A stretch of DNA of 64,000 bases. It comes from Psammoneis japonica. Its lineage: Eukaryota. Below are positions 41,102-52,355 of the stretch, in pieces. The translations under genes were made by a program, and so were the position numbers. The DNA lies in NCBI GenBank assembly GCA_008632985.1, contig QPGO01000138.1:1-64000 (forward strand), written 5' to 3'. The notes beneath the pieces were generated by a model. The model made no database searches, had not been told where the DNA came from, and saw only the letters and a list, made by a program, of their open reading frames with translations. Position 1 is the stretch's first letter, and each line of letters starts with the position of its first letter.

Positions 41102-42547
41102 ATGCATTCCGAGTCTCTTTCAGTCATTCTTGAGAAAAGAACGATTGGAAAATGCAACCGACACGTGTTTCAACAGCAACTCGCATCGCTTCGGCAAGAC
41201 AATCTGGAATTGCTGCAAGAACCACAGATTGAATCGGTCCACAAGAGTGGTGTGACGGCACTCGATATAGATCGTGGAGAAGATCGTTTTCTTTTGGCGG
41301 GAGGTCAGGATGCCGTGATTAGCATTTACGATTTGAGTCCGTGGGGATCGGAACACTTTTTGCGGCGAGAAAATAATAATGATCAGCTGAATCGTGCTGC
41401 TTCTAGACAATACTTGAAGTCCATACACAAGCCTGTGGCACAGTCGCTTCGAATGGCCATGGATAGCAGTGATGACCCAAACCAGGTTCCATCTGGTCAT
41501 TCCCACTCGATTGTTGCGGCTCAATGGTATCCGGTCGACACGGGTGCGTTTGTTTCTGCATCCGCAGAGGGATCCATAATGGTGTGGGACACAAACACAA
41601 TGACACCCGTTGTACGATGGAGGCCCTTTGAGACGTGTCGATGCTTTCATATATCTCCAGAAAGTGGTGGTGGTGGCCAGTCCTCCTCCTTGTTGGCTGT
41701 AGGTTCTGAACGTTCTTCCAATGTAAAGCTGCTTGATTTGCGATCCGGTGCGTCGGCTCATTCTCTGGTGGGACACGGCAGTGGAATAACAGTAACACAA
41801 TGGTCTGCTACGTGTTCGACGGTTTTTGCAAGCGGTGGGATCGACGGGAGTATTCGATTGTGGGACATTCGAAAGTCGGGTGCAAATGCTTGTTTAGCCA
41901 TTTTGGATCGGGATGCTCATGCTGACTTTACCAAATCAAGACGGTACACTGGATGCTATTCACACCTTGTTGGAAACACAAACAAGGAAAAGTCTCGCAT
42001 TGCGCGATCTACAAGTGCTACCCTGGCTCCCAACAACTATCGTCTGGCTCAATCCAAGTCTGCTGTTGCTCATGGGGGAGCAGTTTCGGCGCTGGCGTTT
42101 ACTCCCGACGGACACNTCGCTCGTTAGTGCTGGCAGAGATGGAAATTTACAACAGTGGGATTTACGGACGGGATGGCTGGTACCCACTCAGTTCTCATCC
42201 GGATCACACCGACCGGCGGTGAGCAAGGACCGAAAGTTCCCTTGGTTGTTTTACAATCGACGGGACGCAAGACGACAGTTTGTGTCGGTTATGGACAGCG
42301 ACTCTTGGAGTATTCACTGCAACGAGGAGGCAATGCGGTTCAAGTATTGGAGGGGCACATGCACAGTGTCACGTCTATTGCCACTCAGAACGGTTGGATG
42401 CGTATGATTTCTGCTGCATATGATGGTATGATTTTGGTTTGGGGTCGTAAAAAGAATCGCAAGAGGCGTCCGCTTGTTGTCGCCAATGGACAATCTCGGC
42501 CAAAACGTGCTCGAGACGAAACTCTGGAGGATCGTGACAATTGGTGA
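41102..42547 (+). CDS. ERCC8: ERCC8/CSA (Rad28)-like WD40 protein; frameshifts at the N (42116) and near 42240
   Basis: EDRFLLAGG.D..ISIYDL, QWYPVDTGAFVS, VWDTNTM, LLDLRSGASAHSLVGH, IRLWDIRKS, AHGGAV. Confidence 0.8.
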
Positions 42548-42983
42548 CCAATGGGCGGCCAGTCTTGTTCTTCAAAAACATTGTTCACATTCGAGAACAA
42601 AGTGCTCATAGTGTTTCCATCGCGTTGAAGAGGGCGCACAGAATTTTCACTTCCCCGCTGCCTTCTGCTTCAAATAATGATGGTGGATTACTGTTAGGCT
42701 GGCACTTGAAGACCTTGAAGAAGCAAACTATTTTGTTGATAGAGTTGATTAATTCTCCTGCGTTTCGCTTCTTCAAAAGACGCAAGTCTTGCGATTCTAT
42801 GATTGCGTCGAGTTTGAGACGATGGGAAAGGCATACGGATAAGATCTCAATGACGCGCTTCTCGTAAATGTGTTTATTTGCCCAGTGAAAGTAGCCACTA
42901 TAGACGTCCCTGTAATTTCATACCGTAGAATCGACCGAATGCTTCAAACCCTTTTATATTTTATATATAATAATAATAAAAGA

Positions 42984-44234
42984 CTATTCGCTAGGGTGCT
43001 CCGGCAGTACTTGCTCTTGACAGTACAGCCACAAAGCATACAGGTTCAACAGCACAGCTTCAGCAGGCCACAAGGCTGAAACGGGAACTCCAGCTCGAAT
43101 GCAAAGCGCCACGACATCGTTTTGAAGCAGTTGCAATCCGATAGCAAAGTGATCATCCGACAAGGTATCATGCGATAAGAAATACAGCGTCGTTCTCGAC
43201 GAGGAGTTGTCCTCGGCAAGAACGACACGTGTCGCGTGATTGAGTCGTTGCTGGACCAAGGAGGGTTCCATCGAAGTTGGTGCAATGTGCTCTTCCTCCA
43301 AAACACCACCCGTCGCTCGTGCCAACGCCTGCTTTGCTGACCTACCCCACGTTGTTGTTGTGCTCATGAGAGATTTCAGTGAAGACGTTGACGAGGAGCC
43401 AATCGGTGCGCGTTCCTTCTTCTCGGACTTTGCCAAGGGATTTTCAGGTGGCTTTACCGTATCAACAATATCACTGCCATTGTTCGGATTCCCGCTAGGC
43501 TGTAACAATATTGGATGAGGAAGAATAATTCCCAAGCAACGGGCCACAACACAAGTCAACGATGCAACCAGACGTAGAGCTGATAGGAGCTCTTCTGGTG
43601 GCAAGACAACATAGAGCTCCTGACCTGCATGAGGGAGAGGCAATCCTCCAATTTTTCCAATACCACGAGGTCGACGTTCACGACGATTGCGACTCGATTC
43701 TGTTGCGTCATTGTTTTCGGTTCCTACATCAAGACGATGTATTGAAAATGCGTGACACGCCCACCGGAACCGGGATATTCTGACTTGTTCTGTAGTTTGT
43801 AAAATAGTTGCAGCCAAAGCGCCGGTAGCAGGGTCGCATAGAGACTGCTGGAGTCTCTGTAGGTGGTGTCTAGGAAGTGATGGTTTGTCCTGTTGAGCTC
43901 GTCGTTCATCGTTGTCAACTACTTGCGACGCAATTCGAACCGCAAGAGTTCCACACTCCTGCCGTAGCTTTGTAACTTTCTCTCTCAGTCGGTGCGCCTC
44001 TGCGGATAGTTCAGAAATATTTTCTTCGGGCTTTACTTGACGTAATCGCTCAGAACAAAATTCGTGTGCCTCGTTCTTTTCTAACAAGGCCTGGTGTCGG
44101 AGCTGTACGCGTGACAGCAACGCTTGATCAACACATGAGGGACAAAGCACGGTTGACGAGGCTGAAGAGTGCTGCTGCGGTTGCCGAACGCCGCGACACG
44201 AACATTCACGAGAACTTTTCGTACCCAAACTCAT
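42984..44234 (-). CDS. ATG14/UVRAG(Vps38)-like PI3K complex subunit
   Basis: N-terminal Cys motif (CSC..LCPSC), coiled coil, IGGLPLP, SALRLVASLTCVVARCLGIILPHPI, FAIGLQLLQNDVVALC. Confidence 0.65.
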   Translation of the reverse strand: MSLGTKSSRECSCRGVRQPQQHSSASSTVLCPSCVDQALLSRVQLRHQALLEKNEAHEFCSERLRQVKPEENISELSAEAHRLREKVTKLRQECGTLAVRIASQVVDNDERRAQQDKPSLPRHHLQRLQQSLCDPATGALAATILQTTEQVRISRFRWACHAFSIHRLDVGTENNDATESSRNRRERRPRGIGKIGGLPLPHAGQELYVVLPPEELLSALRLVASLTCVVARCLGIILPHPILLQPSGNPNNGSDIVDTVKPPENPLAKSEKKERAPIGSSSTSSLKSLMSTTTTWGRSAKQALARATGGVLEEEHIAPTSMEPSLVQQRLNHATRVVLAEDNSSSRTTLYFLSHDTLSDDHFAIGLQLLQNDVVALCIRAGVPVSALWPAEAVLLNLYALWLYCQEQVLPEHPSE

Positions 44235-45045
44235 TTTCAAAAAATAGAAATACTCTGTCAAAGGTAGGGCCAAAGGTATTTATGGTCTCAACACAGTACA
44301 GTACATGAACTATGACAGCAATCGTATGGCAGCAGAGTTTTCACAGCAGCGCAGACGGCATATTCAAGCACATTGAACATGGTCGGATCCGACGTTCCAC
44401 GACGCGACGTTCCGAACGAACAAACCTGCGCGCGCCGCGCGAGTGTGCAACGCTTTTGAGTCGTGGGCCGGGAGCGAGAGTCGTCGTCGCAATGCACGAC
44501 TCGACTGACGACGCAAGACTTGCAACGATCACCGATGGATGTTGGAATGGATGGTGTGGATGGGATCCAGGATCTAAATCGCGACGCCAAAAAAAACAAT
44601 GCTTGTACTTGCCACTGCACTCAGTGGAGCACTTTAGTGCAAGAACAACAAATGATGAAAACAGAGAAACATGAAGCTGCTGCTGCCACAAGTTGTCAGA
44701 GCCCCCCCCCCAAGGAAGGAAATTTTGCGTCAAGAAAGCGCACACCAAAGCTCTGCAACCTTGCAAGGTGCTGTCAAGACCATGGGCTGCAGTGTTTTTG
44801 GTTGAGCTTCATAACAGTGGGGAGGGCACTCTTGAAACAAATCATGGTGTCGCAGTTTTCAGCAGAGTGAAAAAGCACACGGCAGCTCTCGAGCCTCCCT
44901 GCTGCTTGACACAGCCAGCGCCGCTCTGTCTGGCAAAGCTGCATGCTTTTCCACAGAGCATTTCCAATTGACATGCATCAAACAGTCAATCTAGAGATCA
45001 AATCTGTCTGTGTGCTTTTCTGGGTGTGCCAGTCGTGTCCAAGAG

Positions 45046-45664
45046 CTTGGTTTGGTTTTGCCGCGGGATTCCCCAAAATTCCCCGGGATTGCCACAAGCA
45101 TGATTTCCCAAGGAATCACCATGAATTGCGCTTTGTCACATGCCCATCCCACACATGAACAAAAAATTGTGCATTGGGAATTCCCCGTGCTTCCCTCTCA
45201 TGCATTTCCACACCTTCTGCGTGCCGGGACGCTTGTGTGCAGATCCACACTTTTTTTCCTTCTTGTGTCGTGCGGCCCCAAATGCAAACAACAAGTGCTC
45301 CAGAGCAAAGGATGGGGCACAAATGGAGCTGCATGTGAGCAATGCCAATGTGCGTGATTTAATGGTGAAGTTTGTTCTTCCCTTGCTCTGCCACAAGGGG
45401 CCGTTTTGTGTGTCGATTTGTCGATGCATCCGTCATGGTCGTTGCCCGGCTGGGATGAAAACAAGAAAAAAGCACACCAGCCTAACCCAAATCAAACGGG
45501 AATTGCCGCAATGCACTTGTTTTTTGTTGCCCTCCCCAAGCCCTTTTAGTCATTCCTTCCTGCCAAATTGCCCTCATTTCCCGGGTGTTCCCCAAAAGGG
45601 TGAGGCAATTCCCCCTTGCCCTTGCCATTTTGGGGAATCCCCAAATGGACAAAACCAAACCAAG
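45046..45664. mobile_element. Non-autonomous TIR DNA transposon (MITE-like, 619 bp) with target-site duplication
   Basis: Perfect 15-bp TIR cttggtttggttttg (45046-45060) / caaaaccaaaccaag (45650-45664), second 15-bp inverted block gggattccccaaaat; flanking direct repeat tccaagag at 45038-45045 and 45665-45672. Confidence 0.8.
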
Positions 45665-45799
45665 TCCAAGAGCAAGCACTTCTTGTTTTGTGTGCTGCAG
45701 AGCAGCCCCCTGCCTTTTCTCAAGGGCTGCTTGTGCAGGACATGAGTTCACTTGGAGTTTGATGCTTTTGCAACCATCTGTTTCTGCCATTTGGGAAAA

Positions 45800-47700
45800 G
45801 CCCTCAAAACAAACAAGAAAAGAAGTTCTTCAGCAGCGCAGCTGAGGCACCAGAGAGCAGTCCTTTGCAGAAGCCATGCCTCAGAAAAGAAATTGCAAGA
45901 AATGTGAGCTGGCAAACCTGCCAACGTTCTGCTTCAAACTGAAAAGGGTGTGAATCTTGCAAAATGTGACATGGTGTGGTTTGAAATGACAATGTTCAGC
46001 ACCGCTGCACTTTCATTGGGAAAGGGATGCTGTGTTGATTGGGGTGTGCAAAGGCAGACAACTTCCTCCATGACATCCTGCATTTTGCACCCCCAAATCC
46101 TTGCTTCATTGACCCCCTGGAGAAGGACACTGACAGTGTTGCTCTTCAAGAAAAAAACCAGTTGAGTGTGCCACAGAAGATGCAAACCATGCATTGGGGG
46201 CACAGATGCTGATGGCACAGATCCAAAGAAGCTCTCACTGGCTTTCCTCCAGTTTCCTTTGACAGTGAATCTCAGCATTCAATGTGCTTGGCTGCCCCAT
46301 CAGTCTGCACAATTTTGCTGGAGATGTGAAGATGACGTTGCTGCTTGAAGAGCTTGAAGAAGTGCAATGTTTTTTGTTGACTGTCTGTGATCGTGCACTT
46401 TGCTCATGCAAGCAAGGGATGCAAGACTCATCATTGAAATGACGGGGAGTCAAGAAGAGACCTTCACAAATGTGCTTCTAGACAGCATTCGCCTGTTGAA
46501 GCATGTGGCAGCTCCACAATCAAGCCATGCTTGATTTGTTCAACAAGCCAAGGTCTGTTTTCACGAGCTTACAAATTCAATGGAGTTGCGGTGCCACTGT
46601 GCAAACCTGTTCCCGGCCATTCCATCTTTGCAAGAGATTGACAACAGCTCAAAGAATTGGCACACAACAAGTCAATGAAAAGTGCACACACTTGTTTTGC
46701 TTCACAAATTCATCTCCTCCTCACACAACTGGCACTCTGCCTTGAGAAACTCAGGGTGCATCAGCGCAAATTGTTGAAGCAGCAAGAGTTTTTTCAGAGG
46801 ATGCCTCAGCAACCACCCATTGCCTCGGTCTTGACCAAACTTGTTTTCACAATCTTGGGCATCTTCCATTGACAATGGAGCATCCAAGAGCAGTGTGATG
46901 GGATTGCCTTTCTGAAAACAGCACCCAGGTGGCCATCCACAAAGCTTGGACTCACATTGAATGCCTTCCCCATCATGAGCCAACTTTTTGATTTGCCTCA
47001 TGGTTTGTCCTGAGTTGTCCTTGCAGACTCCATCATGTTTCAAAAGAAATTCCTGCATGAAAAAGGGAAAATTTGAGCTGATGATGACTGAGAAAGCAAG
47101 TGTGCAATGACTGCATGCCTTCATCTTGAACAAACAGTGATCAACAACACTTTTGCCAAAGTTTTGCTGCAAGGATTTCTTCTGTTCCTTGAAGAGGTCC
47201 CAATCTTCTCATTTCAAGGTGCTTGACCTCCTGCTTTTTCATTGCCTTGGCTCCTCCTCCTCTTCAATGATGGAAAAGATTCCTTGGTGTTCTGGGAGAC
47301 ATGTTTTGAATCATCATCATTGTCAAATGACAGCCAGATGAGAGACTCACTGTTCTTCTGGAGCCACCACTTTGATTTACAACTTGTTTCAGGTTCGATT
47401 GTCCTGGGATGCTTTTTCTTTGTTGGTGTCAGCTGTGGCCCCCCGATTGGTTCCAGGCCCAAACTCTTCAAGTGTTGTTCATTTTGTGCAATCCAAACAC
47501 AAGTCGTTGCTTCTCACATTCACTGAGTTCATGCTGATCCATCTCATTGTTGATGTCCTCAAAACACTTGTTCTCTGTCTCTCTGAGTGTCTCTGTCACA
47601 ATGATTTGACAGAAAGGAGGGCATTGCCACTCAAGGGAGGGCACAATCCAGTTCATCAGCAGAAAAGGCTGATGTTGGTGAGAGTGGAGAGAGAGAGAGA
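45800..47700 (-). pseudogene. Large decayed ORF of unknown family (possibly TE-associated)
   Basis: Consecutive protein-like minus-strand fragments (47471-47214, 47172-46702, 46453-46235, 46278-45934), Tyr-free and C/H-rich. Confidence 0.35.
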
Positions 47701-47712
47701 GAAAGAGAGAGA
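47686..47712 (+). repeat. (GA)n microsatellite
   Basis: ggagagagagagagagaaagagagaga. Confidence 0.8.
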
Positions 47713-48675
47713 ATTTTGTCACAAATTAAAAATGCACTCCCAACTCCCAACCAACACAAATGTCATTTTCTCCTGCCAACATCATGACTCTCATCTCAAT
47801 GCAACAGCCAGCAACAAACACAAAACTGGGAGTGCAGAAGTGGCCACGTGTCCCCCATGTTGCTGGTGGGTGCACGTGAGGCTGTCTTGGACATTGTCCA
47901 CAATGCAAACATGGTGGAAGGCTCAAGGTCAATGACACACACCCCAACTTGGTTTTCTGCCCAGCAGGGCACTGTGTTGGTGAGCTGCCAGCTGACCTGT
48001 CCACTTTGTTGCTTTGCAGCAGAAGTCTGTGTGCATCAGCTGATGGCCCTTTTAGCTTGTTGCATTGCACAGATCTTCAACCTCACTCCCAGGCATTGCA
48101 AGCAGCTTTGCTGTCACACTCTCACTGACTGTGGGTGTTCATGCTGGGAGATTCATTTGAAGTGGGTGGAGTGCAGCACACATGGCTGTTTGTGTGCTCA
48201 AAACATGCACCGGCTCTCACAAACTTGCTGAGTTGTTGTCAGAGATCAATTTCACACATGGCTTGAGGCAGGCACAAACAAAAGCTTGTTTGCACAGGAC
48301 ATCAGAGAAGAAGATGAAGCTTCTGGTGGAAAGCAGCCATGTGTGGCCCACTGAGTGACCAGAGCACATTGGACAAATGAGTGGGTGCATTTCTGAGCAT
48401 GTGGCTCTAAACACTCTGGCCCTGATTGTGGGGCAAAATGTCTTGTGCCAGCCTTTGATGATGCCACCAACAAATGAGTGCAAAACATTGCAGCAGAGCA
48501 TTGGTGCACAAGCAACTGCATCCCCACGGCTTGCTCCTGGGCCAGCTTTTGCTTGAACAAACTTTTAAGCAAGGGCACTTGTGGCTCACATTTCAAAGAA
48601 AGCAAAGAGTGGAGGACTCTGCTTTGCTGCAATGGGCACTCTCTCATTGTTTTTTTTAGAACTCTTGCATCTTCT

Positions 48676-48755
48676 TGCTGGTTTGGCCATGGCAACAGCA
48701 TTGCTTGCCATGTGTCCTGTTTTGTTGCTGGTTTGGCCATGACAACAGCATTGCT
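48676..48755 (+). repeat. Short tandem duplication
   Basis: ttgctggtttggccatg(g/a)caacagcattgct twice. Confidence 0.75.
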
Positions 48756-50954
48756 CTCTTCCCGTTTGTGTGGTGCACATGTTCAAACCATGGCTTTTGC
48801 AAACATTTGGCTGCTCCTGCTGGTTGGTGCCACACCTGCTGCCAAAAAAACCCATGCTGGGTCAATCTTGCTTTGTTTGGCAAGGTCTTTCAGCAAGCAC
48901 TCAAGGATGTTAATTTCTCATTTTCTCCAAAAACTCATGCTGAGTCATTTGGAGCAGATTTGGTGCAAATTCTGCTGCATTTTTGGGGAAGGTGAATGAT
49001 TGAAATGAACTCTTGTGTGAAGAAAGGGGGGCAAAGCACTGGCACTTTGTGCAGACAATGGGGTTTGAGGTGGAAATGTGGCCATTGAAGTGTGTCCACC
49101 CACTTGGTCATTTCACAGTCATGTCCTGCAAAACCTCCCTGATCACAGCTGTTTGTGGCAAGATGTGGTGCCAGAGGCATTTGGACAAAGTGGTGTGATG
49201 TGGGCAAAAATTGGGTGCCCCACACCAGGACCCAACAGAAACAGGTGCTGATTGCCACATGCAATGCACTGGCATTGAAGCATGGCTCTTGGCAAAACAA
49301 GGAGTTGCTGCAGATTCCTTGCCACCACCTTGGCTTGGCCACAATCCTGATGACATGTCACAGTGCACAGCCACCAAATGGTCCAAACAATCACCAACAC
49401 ATGAACATGTCTGACACACAGAGCATGTGCTGCAGCATGTTGCTCACAATCCTCTCCTCAACTCATGTGCTCTTTTGACATTGCATCTTTTGTGGAGCTG
49501 CAATGTTGACAATTGACAACATCAACACAAGGTGAAAATCCAAAGCCATTGATGCAGGTGCAGCTTGTTTGTTGTTTTTTAACCCCACATTTTTTCAATG
49601 CCCAACTGACCAGTGTTTTGCCTTCTCTTTCACTTGGATCCCCCAGGCATCAGCCTTGCTTGTGTGGAGCTCTGCTTGAGAAATGAGGAGCGCAGCATCA
49701 TGTTGAAACTCTCAATCTTTGAGACATCTCTCTTGACACAGATTCTTTGGAAATGGCTGCATCTCTTTTGGGAGACAGGCACAAAAGAGTTGACTCATGT
49801 TCAACAATCCATTGCCAGAGTTGTCAACTCACTCTTGACAAATGACAACCTTGGGTGCCATGTGTTGGAGAGGTTTCACAACAACCTGCCCTGTGTCATT
49901 GGCAAGATGCTGAAGGATTGCTTCATCCCAAGCATCTTGTTGCCTTGCAAACTCAGTCCAAAGATCTGCTGCTTTCCTTGCAGCCACACCACATGGTGCA
50001 TCTTGTGGCCACACCCATTCTTTGCCAGCATGGCAGCAAGTTTTGGGAGCTCACACTTGCAAGTTTTGCCATGCAACAACAACTTGCTCTCACTGTCATG
50101 TGCATCTGTGTGGCTCTTGCTGGTTGTGGGTTTAGAGGCTTTGATGTTGTTGGGGCACAGATCAAACCTGGGTGGACCCACCACTGGGCCATTGTCATCC
50201 TCATGTCAATGCCCCCCTCTGGCACAAACGCTGAGGGCATCATTTCTTTCCTCAGCACAGGAGCACTTGGTTGTTGGCTCACCCACATCTTTGCAGTGCT
50301 CCTCTGCTTGCTTCTTTGCTGTCATCATGACCATGATGGCAATTTGTGGGTTTCCATTTTGCAGGTCCTCCTCCTCCTCCTTCTCCCATTGCTTGCCTCA
50401 CACATTGAGCTTTGCACTTTGATGCAGCCCGGCCTTTCTCTGCCTTTTTGTGAGTGCTGAGTTTCTTCATTGTCTTTGATGTAAGTGCAAATGCAAGACA
50501 TGTGGCAATTGATTGTGTGTTGTGGCAACACTGAGCACCTTGAGTTGCAAGAGCAGAGAGGGGTTGCTCAGACCCCATGTTGGCCAAGACATTGTCAGCA
50601 CTGCCTGTTTAAAAAGCAATGCTTGTCTTCACATGCAGAGCAGCTGTGATTGCAATCAAACTTTGGCCAGGGTCTTGCAAGCCAAATGAGACATCCTCAG
50701 TGGACAGCTGAGTGTGCAGCGAACCACTGGCACACACAGCAATTGCGCTTCTGTCTGGAAGCCCAAAGAGCATGAGCTGTTTTTTTTTTTTTTTCATGGA
50801 AATGGTGCAAATCCTCCTCCACATGTGCACTCTGCAGGAGTTTGCACTTGCCAAGCAAAACTGGCAAAGTTGCTTCACCACCCATGAATGACAGCACTCT
50901 GCTCAACAAACAAGTTGCACCATGTGTGGCACCTGCACTCAACATGAATCACTG

Positions 50955-51560
50955 CCTGTCTGCCCATCTCTCTTTGCTTGGCATTGGCAATCATTGCATG
51001 GAATTGACTCCAAGTGGGGCTTTCTAAAGTGGTGAGAAAAAAGAAGAGTGAAACCTGACTGGAAAAGGAAGCAAGAAGCAGACAACTCTGGCAAGAAGCA
51101 AAGCATTTGCTGCTTTGGACAAGCTCAGAGGAAAGCAAAGAAGTGGAGCTCAGACACAAAGATGAGGCAACAAAACAGAAAGACATGCCCTTGCAAGCCA
51201 CTGCAAAGATTGCAAGCAATCCACACCACAACATTGTCACCTGGTCAAGCTTGCCTGTCATTTTTCACAAGGATCCCATGGTTTTGAAGCAAGCAACAGT
51301 TGCAGGCAATTTTCCATTTGCCAGCCACAAGTTTTGAAATCAGCCCTTTAAAAGGTGTCACCAGACACTTTTGAGAACTGTTGATTGGCTGCACTCAAGG
51401 CCTGTGAAAGGGACCTTTTGATGGAAAGAATTTCAGAGAGTCTTTTGTGGACATCCAAGGGTGATCACACACCCCTTCTCCTCCAACAAGCAGATGATTT
51501 TTTTCAGTTGTTTGCCCTGCCTGAGTCATTTGCAAACAAGATTTTTGGCACACCTTGGGA
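50955..51560 (+). pseudogene. Hypermutated, internally deleted paralog of the adjacent 52.3-kb gene
   Basis: Collinear with 52262-52770 (e.g. KDEATKQKDMPLQA..KDPMVLKQATVAGN..AALKACERDLL vs KDEVTKQKDASLQA..KDPMVLKQATVAGN..AALKACERDLL). Confidence 0.85.
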
Positions 51561-52355
51561 TGCACTTTGACTTTGTGAACAAGGATGCTGTGCCGCTCAA
51601 AAGTGTCTTGTTCTCTGTGCAAAGACAACAGCATCTGTGTCTCAATCACGACTGTCCTTCACTCTTTTGCAGCACACGAGTGTCTTGGGCAAAACAATCA
51701 TCTCTGGCAGATGTCTTTTTTTCTTAAAGCAGCCACAAGTTGCACTGCCTTGTTGCTGCATTGGGTGCTTCAGGACCACACAGCAGCAAACACACAACAG
51801 CTCTCCAGGAAGGCAGGCAGGCGCCCAAGTTTCGCACAAGTGCTGCCCTTTTTGCAGCCACCCCCAGCACACAGTGGCACATGGCACAGAGGGGCAGTGT
51901 CCTCAAACCAGCAGACTTCAAGCCCAGCCACTCTCTACGGCAGAAGGGTTACACGCCATAATTGTTGGCACAGCGAGCACCAACCGCAATTGTGGCGCTG
52001 ATCCGTCCTCTCTCGATTTTCACAAAAATGCTGCAAATCTGTCCAAATCCGCTTAACCGTGCCACTTTCGACGCGACCTGACAGATGGCCAGACTGTCAT
52101 ACTACCGGTGCCGGCCGTGCGTGCCGGGCGGTAAGAAGCTCCCGCGCGCGCTGAGCGCGCGACATTCCGTTGCTTTCTGATTTGAGATTCCAGATTTTTG
52201 TCGTTGTTTTCGAGTTGTTCTCATGCCACTTATTTCCCTAACCACTAAACTGCTGCAATCGTTGCTGCCCCATCTCATCCTTGCTTCACATCCGCAATTG
52301 GCTGTTTGGAATTGACTCAGAGCGGGGCGTTCTAGAACGGCGAGAAAAAACAAGA

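Larger units (their letters stand above)
44640..51930. other. Hypermutated repeat island C
   Basis: About 21 TA in 44641-51900 by manual count; 48913-49579 has neither TA nor CG. Confidence 0.9.

Noticed and set aside
41102..42547. ERCC8/CSA or the RlmN-like gene as the cause of the local hypermutation
   Set aside because: Ordinary conserved genes; proximity alone is not evidence, and no deaminase or DNA methyltransferase is recognisable in the window.
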